Source: Octopus sinensis (lineage: Eukaryota). Taken from it: a stretch of 21,127 nt of DNA. Each line of letters opens with the position of its first letter. The stretch's first letter is position 1. Where the stretch lies: contig NW_021823808.1 in the NCBI RefSeq assembly GCF_006345805.1, positions 1 to 21,127 of the forward strand. The letters are read 5' to 3'. Positions 8,908 to 17,774 of the stretch are shown here, piece by piece. The position numbers and the translations under genes were made by a program. The notes beneath the pieces are model-generated. The model ran no database searches, had not been told where the DNA came from, and saw nothing but the letters and a program-made list of their open reading frames with translations.

Positions 8908-9707
8908 AGGTTAATTGTTTGGGATGAATGTACGATGGCTCATAAAGGCGCATTCAAGCAGTTGACCGAACATATAGAGATATCAAGAATGTAGCGACCA
9001 TTTGTTTGGGGGAGCATTAGTTGTATTGGCAGGTGATTTTAGACAGACGCTGCCAATTATTCAAAGAGGGACGCCTGCGGATGAATTGAATGCCTGCCTC
9101 AAATCGTCATATTTGTGGACACACGTGAAAAAGGTAAGCTTAGATGTAAATGTACATGCACATTTACAAGGCGTTAATAGCATATTCCCACAATCCTTCT
9201 AGATATTGGAAATGGGGCAATCACTTCAGAAATGCACGACCAGAAAATTAGGCTACCGGAAGAATTATGTATTTTCGTAGAGAAACAGCAGAAGAATTAT
9301 TGAATGCCGTCTATTCCGAACTATCTGAACACTACGTGAATTTCGACTGGCTGCGTGAACGAGCTATATTAGCTCCACTTAATGATGAGGTACTTAATAT
9401 AAATTTAGATTTATTAATGAAAATCCCTGGCAGAGAAAGAATATATAAATCGGTCGACGTTATTATGGACCATGAAAGGGCCTGCGATAGATTTAAGAGA
9501 CTACAATTTCCGCTGAAGATAAGTTTTGCTATGACAATAAACAAGGCCCAGGGACAGTCTTTAAAGGTAGTAGGCTTATTTTTAGAGAACGAGTGCTTTT
9601 CACATGGCCAGCTGTATGTGGGGTGCTCAAGGGTAGGTAGAAGAGAAATTTATTTATATTTGCCAAGGATGGACGGACTGCAAACATCGTTTATCCACAG
9701 GCCTTAG
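8908..9707 (+). pseudogene. Helitron PIF1-family helicase remnant
   Basis: Motifs seen: RLIVWDECTMAHK (Walker B), [32 protein letters not shown] and [29 protein letters not shown]...[15 protein letters not shown]. There are frameshifts near 8955-9000 and ~9200-9265, and an internal deletion near 9480. Confidence 0.93.
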
Positions 9708-9771
9708 AATAAGGTTATATCAAAGCAGGTCGCATTTATATATCTACATAAATTTATAGTTATTTAAGGAA

Positions 9772-9841
9772 ACTGCGAGCGTAGCGAGCAGGGCCTCCGC
9801 AGGAGCTAGCTCGCAGTGAGCGAAGCGAACTGCTGAGCTAG
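9772..9841 (+). terminator. Helitron 3' subterminal hairpins and CTAG terminus
   Basis: ACTGCGAGC (9772-9780) pairs with GCTCGCAGT (9809-9817). GCAGT (9813-9817) can instead pair with ACTGC (9829-9833). CTAG occurs at 9806-9809 and 9838-9841. Confidence 0.8.
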
Positions 9842-9878
9842 TTTGCTTATAATAAAAATAAATTTAAAAACAACAAAA

Positions 9879-11275
9879 TCATTCAACAACTATCTTCTGC
9901 ATTTTGGCTACAAACGCATCCAATTTCTTATATAGGGAAATCCTTAATATCAATAAAAAACCAAAAAAACATTTTTTAGTCGACTTTAATTCTCATGTTC
10001 ATATCTGAGTTCAAATCCTGAACCATTCTGTCCAATTCAACTCCATCAATTTCAAACAAAGTCATAAAATTACTACAAATATATAAACATTGTGTCAAAC
10101 AAACTTTATCGACAAACAAGACATTATTTTTAGCATTCTCTTCAAAATAACTGACAAGAATATTTATAAACAAATCTGCAAAATTACTCATGAAATAATC
10201 CAATTTTATGATCTGAAAATTTATTAAAAAACAAATCAACTTCCCGACAATCCTCGAGGTCCCTTGCGATCGAAATCAAATCCAAATCCCCCACCAACCT
10301 AAGCACAAACAAGGACGCACAATCCTTGTCCACCATTTGCTTCTAATACTCAAAAAACACAAAAATAACAATCAGTTCAAAAGGACGTTCAAAATTGTCG
10401 TCATTTCGAGACACAACAACAGCCAAATAACAAACCAAATAAGGCGACCGACTCACAATACCAAAAAAACTAATCATCAGTCACTTCCATCAACCTGCTC
10501 TCAAAAACAGCTCACAAAAAACTGGGAGTGACTCAACAGAACGGAAATAAACAAACAACGACCAATTCAGCATCCACAAATGATCAGTAATGCCTTCACA
10601 AGACTGATTTTTGACTAACCTTATCCACAACCCAAACCTGTGATAAAACCGCTCCAATTCAGCCAAGTGGGTCTCAGCCCGACTGAAGTTACCCAAAAGA
10701 ACCGCACAGCACAACTTACCCCAAAACCTTCACAAACCGGCCAGAATCGACATAAAGCATCTAAAACACGTGCAAAGAACCTACTAGTGGATGAAGTAAC
10801 TCCAATTAGAGGTAGGCCTCCTCGTATTTTCCAATATCGAACTTGAATTGGACAAACTCAAAGGCAAAGCACAACAAATTGGGGAAATCAGTCTAAAAAT
10901 AGTCACAAAATGGCTACATCAAATTCCGACTGCAATCTGCTGAAAACCATGCTGGGGACTCTAAAATTGATGGGTTGATAAGATCACGTGCTGCCGTTGA
11001 TTTCGCTCTTGAATTTGGAAATGGCCGCAATAGGGGACCGAAGGACTTTTCGTTCGAGGAGAGTACGTGCTAATTTTTTCACGTTTTTCAAGTAATTCTA
11101 ATAAAATATTTGAATTAGTGGAACCATGTGGGACTGTTTCAGTGTTGTGTACTATTTTGTAGTATTCAATCTCGTCGTCTATTCCGTGGGTTTTTGACAG
11201 TAATTCGAGAATGGAGAATTCATATCTGATTTTTGTATATCTTTTTAAGATTATAAAAATATTTTGATAATACAT
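9879..11275 (-). CDS. EIF3E: Eukaryotic translation initiation factor 3 subunit E (INT6), divergent, with apparent lesions; 5' end uncertain
   Basis: The spliced and frame-corrected translation is collinear with eIF3e: ILELLSKTHGIDD; VPH|ELLEKREK; FVQFKFDIGKYEEA; WGKLCCAVLLGNF; HLWMLNWSLFVYF; SPYLVCYLAVVV; DCRE|IIKLDYF; MRIKVD; SLYKKLDAF...VVE*. Tiny introns include GTTCCACTAATTCAAATATTTTATTAG and GTAGCCATTTTGTGACTATTTTTAG. There is an in-frame TAA at 10806-10808 and several 1-2 nt indels. Confidence 0.85.
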
Positions 11276-11679
11276 AACTTTCACGTTAATTTATTATTTT
11301 TTAATATTATAATTATATAAAATTAACAAAATTATAGAGTTTTGTAGATGTTTTTGGACGTTTAGTCTGATTATCAGAACTATATAAATCTTATTTAAAA
11401 TTAATGTTACATGCCATCAAATGCTATTTTTCGTCCCTTCTACCTTTCGTATTTTAAATGACAGCGTAGTATTCATGAAGGCAATAAAATGTGCATATTC
11501 ACAAATGGGTCAAAAATATTTACTTGATTTCGAAGAGATACATGTCAAGCAGTAAGATTTGGTCCTCTGTAAAATGACCTCCTCGATTTTAATCTCCATT
11601 GGTATCTTTATCCTGAAATGGACAGCTATGAAAGAATTTTCTTTGACATTAATGTGATTGATTATTCATTGAAATATTT

Positions 11680-12050
11680 CCATGTCTCCGGCTATCCAAA
11701 ATTTAAGAAGGACGAGTTTTTGTGGACATGACGGAATTTCTATAATTTTGTTAAAAAACCTTGGGCAAGTAGCAATAGCAGCCCTGGTTCAAATCTATAA
11801 TTCCTTAATAAACAACAATTCAATACCTACCATTTAGAAAATTGCTCACATTTGCACTATCCTGAAATCGGGAAAGCCTAGATACGACCCATCGTCAGAC
11901 AGACCAATTTTCCTCCTTTGCGTAGTATCTAAAGCTCTGGAAAAAACTGGTACTCAAACGAGTCAAACAATTATTTCTTCATTTGAATTTCCAACATAGA
12001 TTCAAAAGTGGGAAATCTACGGCTTGGCTTTTACCAGGCTGATTAACTTA
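11680..12050 (+). mobile_element. Degenerate non-LTR retrotransposon reverse-transcriptase fragment (Jockey/I-like, RT domains 0-2)
   Basis: The translation is AIQNLRRTSFCGHDGISIILLKNL...IYNSLINNNSIPTI*KIAHICTILKSGKPRYDPSSDRPIFLLCVVSKALEK/...FQHRFKSGKST. Confidence 0.88.
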
Positions 12051-12711
12051 ATCTCAAAAGGACTAACGTTGCTACTACGTTACTTATAGTTGTCTGGTGC
12101 GTGCGGTTTTGTTACTTAACAGACTTTCGAAAAATATCAAAAAATGAAACCACTCATCAAATAATAAATAAAGTATGATTGTTGGGCTCTAATAATACAG
12201 ATTAGTCGATAAATCGATAGGTAACAAAATGGGCGGGTTTTATAACGGACTGTGACATTATATTTTTGTAATAAAACCATCATTAAGACTTTGTGAATTT
12301 GATTTCCTGTATTTTGAAACTGTAGGCCTTCATTGTTAGCTGGAGTTTGTTTACATTTTTCCTGATCATGAAAAGTCACTGTTGACAATTTAATGCCTAC
12401 GCCTCGAGTGGAAAATAAAATATAAAATGAATTTATAATTACTTTTCTTATCAAGTTCTAATCAGATTTTTATCGAAAATCTTAAAAAACAAATATCGAG
12501 TAAAAAACTCACAAAAAGACAAAATTGTCAAGTAAATTCAAATAACTTCAAATCTAGAAAAAAATTCAAGATCAGCAAAAAGACAAATTAAATTAGAAAA
12601 AATCAAAATCACTTTTAATTCGAAGACCAGTATTTTCCAATTGTAAAAAACATTTTCAATAGTACTGAGCAAATTAGTACGATCTATTTATGCTTAGCAA
12701 ATTTAAACCTG

Positions 12712-13504
12712 TCATAGTCTGTTTGAGAAGTTTTTGTTTACTGGCTTTATATAGTAAAAAATAAGACCATAATTTGCTATTACAAGCAAAATAATCATAA
12801 CAAATGAAACATGAATAATCCAACTCGGCACGGACTTTAAATTCTTACATTCAAATAGTTGCTCCACATCGACATAAAAAGCCCCGTCTACAAATTTAGA
12901 ATTAATAAAATACAATGTCGTAAATATCCCGACAAGTACTAAACCTCAGTTTATTCAATTTTTCCAATTGAGGCAGACATTTAGTGCAAAATGATTTATT
13001 CGGTGGTGGGAGTTGTCCATATAAATATTTCTTTTTGAAATAAAATTTTAAAACAACCCAAGCTGTGGCTCCGTCCAACATTTTGAAAGATTTGTTGATA
13101 ACTTTACAAATGTTTTATAAGTTTCTGAAACTTGTCCATTGAATAGCAATCTAATTTGACAATATAAGTAAACCTTCGCAAAATGCAGTATCCCAAATAT
13201 TAATTACTGTGTTGATTGAGAGTTGGACGTAGTCGTAGGTGATTCCACGGTAAACAACAGAGTGACCACAGTTTTCCACAATCTAGTAGTCAAAAGAATA
13301 TTTAAATGCCATTTTTCCTCTAAGTTTTTGCACTTTAGAAAGCAAATTTTTGCAGTCAATGCAAATGCTAAAAGGACGAGAATATTTTCCAGCACAATCC
13401 ATAAAGAACCCCAACTCTTGGCTGTAGTTTACAAGAAGCTTGTAACATGTCGATTTATCAGAACTGAGTGCATAGCCTATTAAAACGATCGTCAAGACAA
13501 GCAT
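12712..13504 (-). CDS. OSTM1: Osteopetrosis-associated transmembrane protein 1 (ClC-7 beta subunit)-like, with apparent indels
   Basis: It has a signal peptide MLVLTIVLIGYALS, then TCYKLLVNYS...DCAGKYSRPFSICIDC (OSTM1 CxxLL...C...ARP..LC..C), ENCGHS...IWDTAFCE|DC, FCTKC, (LC)VDVE, FEC and a C-terminal TM helix. Introns are at 13283-13309 (GC-AG) and 13151-13173. Confidence 0.78.
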
Positions 13505-13703
13505 TGCGGTAAAGTTTTGAAATAATTTATTAATGAAATCCAATTATTTTTAAGATTAATTTTATTTTGTAATTTTTTAAATTACTAAATATAAAGGTTT
13601 TAATTAGAATATGATAAACCTTGAATAAAAAATAATATTTTATCGCAAAAAAAACTTTCGTAACAATAAAAACCAAAACCTAAAAAGTTAAATTAAGAAT
13701 TAT

Positions 13704-14326
13704 TTATATCAGAAAGATTGCTAAAATATTTTCCAATGAATTCATCTGATCCTTCGAAATATAAATTGTGGGTCGTTTTATTTCAAAAACTCCACTGCCT
13801 CTTCAGGTCTCATCCCAAGACGCTAAAAAAACTCACAAAAAATACTTTCATAAGATAACAACAAACAACTGTTGCACTTCTCGACTTTCCAGCCTTACAG
13901 TGCACATAGACACGAGTTTTTGACTCAAAATAATTCATGATAAAATCGACTGATTTTTCCAAATCAGACATTGAGGGCGAAGGTCCCATGTCAATAGTGG
14001 GGACTCTCAATCTTTCTATTCCAAGACTTTTAATGGTCTGTCAATAAATATTTAAGAATTACTTTAGAACTCGGACTGGTTAAGTATAACTCATAATCTT
14101 GACAGAGGCAGACAATTCCGTGAATGTTATAAGAAGGAATTAACTTTTTTATTACGTTAAAAATTACTTCATTAACAATAAGTTTTTTTGAAGGCAAGGC
14201 TCCTAATATAACACATTCGTCCACTACGCTGTACCACGTGGTTAATAAAAGTTTTTTGAGTAATTTGTTGTATAGTAAAGTCGGGAGGAATGATACATAT
14301 GCTAAAGATTGTCTTAAAATAAACAT
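13704..14326 (-). CDS. PTPMT1: Mitochondrial phosphatidylglycerophosphatase / dual-specificity phosphatase PTPMT1
   Basis: Motifs seen: FLPTLLY, WYSVVDECVILGALP, LGIERLRVPTIDM and the catalytic VYVHCKAGKSRSAT. Introns are at 14144-14167, 14038-14062 and 13823-13845. One missing base at 13781-13783 restores KRPTIYISKDQM. Confidence 0.93.
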
Positions 14327-14522
14327 AACAATTCCACTATAAATTAAATTTTATTTATTTTAATTAATACCAAAAAATCTTAAATAAATCAATTAAATTT
14401 AGAAAACTCGATTTGGTACCACGTGGTAGATATAATCCATTGTATTCAATCTAAATTGACTATGTGGTTAATGTTATTTTAATAGCCAATTAAGGCAAAA
14501 ATACTCATTTCAATAACCAATA

Positions 14523-17500
14523 TTATTCGTTTAAATAAAATATGTCAATAATATTCTCTGGTTGTGGATTCCTCTTACTTTTGATGGTGTTATAACATTG
14601 GTCACACAAACACGTTGATTTTTCGAAGCAGCTGCCAACTGAAGTCTACCTGTAGTACACGCAGCGCAGAATATGGCTCCACAACTACGACAATGATGCT
14701 ACCCGATTAAATACTCCTCTAACCTTCCTTACTGTCAGAGAAAAGACTATTTTACAATTAGCACACAGTCGACAATCCTTATCCGAATGCCACTGAGTGT
14801 TGGATACTCGATTGGCGATTATCTAAATGTTTTGGTCACTCCATGTGCCTGAAGGGACGAGTTTTCCGAGGCCAATTCACGGATTCCGGTGGTCAGATCA
14901 ACGTTTTTGAGTTTCATTGCTAACAACTGTTCTCTGGTCTCTTCGTCCCGTTCTTCAATCTTGAGATACCTGAGATTCCTTATATTAATACTACTCTTTC
15001 ATTAGCAGGTCATTCGACTCTAATTGAGTCCTTAACTGCTTTTCCAGATCTGACCAGTCAGTCAACACACAACAACCTTCTTTCTCGTTTGTTTGAATTT
15101 GTAGTTTGTCTAAGCTTATTTTGAGTGAATTGGTTGATTGTGTCAGCTCGAAGTTTAATTTTGTGATTGAATTGCAATTTTCGTCATATTTTTCCTGCAA
15201 ATCAGCATTTTGTACTAAAAGACAGTCAATTTCCTGTTTTCTAGATATATGAACAGCGTCGGCTTGGTTAATGTAGTTCTAAGTATTATAAAATAGTATT
15301 TATAACCTTAAAAACTGAATTTAAATATTTAAAACGATTCAAAACATCGAACAAATAGCATTTAATGTGTTCTCCCCTGTCAGCTGACTCCAAACACAGT
15401 TTTTTCAGTTCGACTGATCCAAATGCAGCCTTTCGGCATTGACAATCAAATTTATTAGAAAGAGACGATTCTTCTCGGTTTTTGCTTCCCAAATCCTAAT
15501 CTGACTGGACTGTGATGAACATTTTAATATCAATTTTTGTTGCGTCAATTTAAAGTTTTGTAAACTTTTTTGTGTAATTCGAATCACTCAAATCCATCAT
15601 TCTGAGACACTCGTAAAACTTGCCAATTGATTCGACAATTTGTTTCAACAAAAGTAGCAAATTAGAATGCTTGTCCAACGTTCTTAATTGAGCACGAACG
15701 GAAAACACGAAATCGTCATTTTTTCAATAATTGAAGTTTTGAAATGCAAAAGTCTCGATTCTCGACATTGTCAATTCAGTCTGATTCATTAATATCCGGA
15801 TTCGTCGATTACAGTTAATTACTGGCACAAGAAGACTGACAAGAATCGAATCAATCTCATCTCGATGGCAAACCAGCCTGCCACGTGTCTCATCAACCAA
15901 TCCTTTTAGGCCAATAACTTCATCTTTCCAAAAATTCCAAGACCCAATTTTCACTTTATTCACTCTAAGGGAGTGCCCAATTATCAGATTCTTTAAAACT
16001 TGTAAATTTTGACTCATTGAACACTGATTGGCCTCCGCAACTTGTTTAATATTCGAATAGGCTAAGATATGCTCATAAGCCGTGATTTAAAGAGGCCAAG
16101 ACAAGTCCATTTCCACTCCGCAGACCTCGCAAGTTCAATTTGCCGTATAGAATGAGCAAATGTGGCAATTTCCTCGCTTGTGATTTGAAATGAGACGATA
16201 TTAATAGTTTTGTGGTGGTCATCTCTTCACGAATTAAACTGGCTGTCCTTTTAATGACTCTCCAGACAATTTCGACTTTCTCCTGTTGATTGTACAACTC
16301 AGAATAATTGAATCAAGCGTGTTTTTGGACGAACGAAGCGAAGTGGCGAGTTTTGGGAGGAAAGTTCGGATTAAACTCATTTTTTGCTCAAGATCACAAA
16401 ATGTCGACATTTTTTGGCCAAGGTTGGCATTTTCTTGTTCGGTAAAACTAATTTGTTTGGTCAAATCTTCAATCTATGTAAATAAAGCACGTTTTATTCA
16501 ACTTGACAGGAGTATTCCAGTTCCTTGCATTTCATAGCTTCGTCAAAAGCCGCGGTTTGTTCGATATTCATAATTCGGGCTGCCTCGACTTTATTTAAAA
16601 GTTTTTCCTAACAAGAATAAACGACTTTCCGACCTGTTCTGTCCTGAGGTAGTCGATCGTGACTCGAGACGTCTCATCCGTCCCCGCCGACTGAACAAAA
16701 AAAGAAATTTGAGTCTCAAGTTGTCCAATCTGACCAAAAAGTGTCTCATTTTTTTATAAAAAGTCTAAAAATCAGTCCAAACTGGGGACACCTTCTTGAA
16801 ATAGTAGTCATACTCTGAATATTGGAGACTGTTGACAAAAAACATTTAATAATCCATTTAACAAACATAAATGAATTAGAAAACAAGTTTTTTTGATAGT
16901 ATTTGTGTTATTGTCAAGTCTTTTCTTAACGAAATTGCAAGTTTTTGTGATTTTTTGATATATTTTTGCATGTTTTGGGCCAATTTATTAACCCGACTTT
17001 TTGAAACTTCAATACAAGTTGATTTGGCGTGTTTTTTCATCAAATCAAGTTTCTCTCTGCAATATTCACTCAAATCTGCCTGCTCTTGTTTAAATTGTGT
17101 CAAATCTGCTTTGATCTACTAATATAATACATTAAAAAAACAAAATTCAATTTTTTGATGTGCTTTTCTCTGAAAAGTGCCGATTCTGCTCTTAATTTTT
17201 GACATTCTTGTTCCAAGTTGGATTTATCTTTTTCCAACTGTTTGTTTATTAGTTGAAGGCTATCAATTTGTTGTTGCATCAAATTTTTGTCGTCGGTCAA
17301 CAATTCTTGTTGTCCATTCTAATATATATATATTTGAGGACTTGATGGGTTGAAAAGTGAACTGATAATTCTTCGCAAGTATCAAAATTCTCAAAACATG
17401 AAGGGCAGACAAATCCTCGGAGGTCATTATTTGTGGATAATTCGTCTTGTGTTGGTTTTTTGTCCGCGTTTTTACCCTTTTTTTAAATATTTGTAAACTT

Positions 17501-17526
17501 ACTGAAAGGCGTATTAGTTTTCTCAT
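14523..17526 (-). CDS. EEA1: Early endosome antigen 1-like (C2H2 zinc finger - coiled coil - FYVE), with apparent indels
   Basis: The N-terminus is MRKLIRLS|GK...GFVCPSCFENFDTCEELSVHFSTH, followed by a long heptad-rich region. The C-terminus is ELASENSSLQ|IIANRVSNTQWHSDKDCRLCANCKIVFSLTVRK|HHCRSCGAIFCAAC...QRVC/DQCY. Tiny introns include 17477-17502, 14823-14848 (GC-AG) and 14699-14723. Internal exon boundaries are only partly resolved. Confidence 0.88.
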
Positions 17527-17774
17527 TAGAATTCAAACAATTAAATTTTATTATTTATTAACAAATTGTTTCTAAATAAATAAGTTTATGATATAATTAA
17601 TTAAATATTTTTCATTATATTAGATTTAAATTAATGTTTTTTAATAGAATAAAAATGAATATTTACTATAAAATAATCAATAAATAAAAATTAATTTTTT
17701 TAATTATTAAATGATTATTTCAAATAATTAAATAAACATATATTATTTAATAATACACGTTCATTGTGGTTGGA
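17527..17774. promoter_or_regulatory. Putative bidirectional promoter between EEA1 (-) and Brahma (+)
   Basis: This 248-bp spacer lies between two divergent ATGs and is almost devoid of G and C. The promoter function is inferred from position only. Confidence 0.6.

Larger units (their letters stand above)
6366..9841 (+). mobile_element. Non-autonomous (deleted) Helitron with both termini
   Basis: The 5' end is A|TCTTAATAATAAAAT followed by a (GTCT)n tract. The 3' end has GC-rich hairpins and CTAG|T (9838-9842), giving an A|T target site without duplication. PIF1-helicase remnants lie just inside the 3' end. Confidence 0.85.

Noticed and set aside
9976-10239. Resemblance of this ORF to PP2A B56 C-terminal helices
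   Set aside because: Upstream exons align continuously with eIF3e, and this segment matches its PCI domain.
12137-12454. 105-aa minus-strand ORF
   Set aside because: It has no ATG start, no recognisable motif and no supported intron structure, so I could not call it.
13778-13783. Euplotes-style programmed frameshift at AAA-TAA in PTPMT1
   Set aside because: The other lesions in the window share no such motif and fall in homopolymer or dinucleotide runs. A dropped A is simpler.
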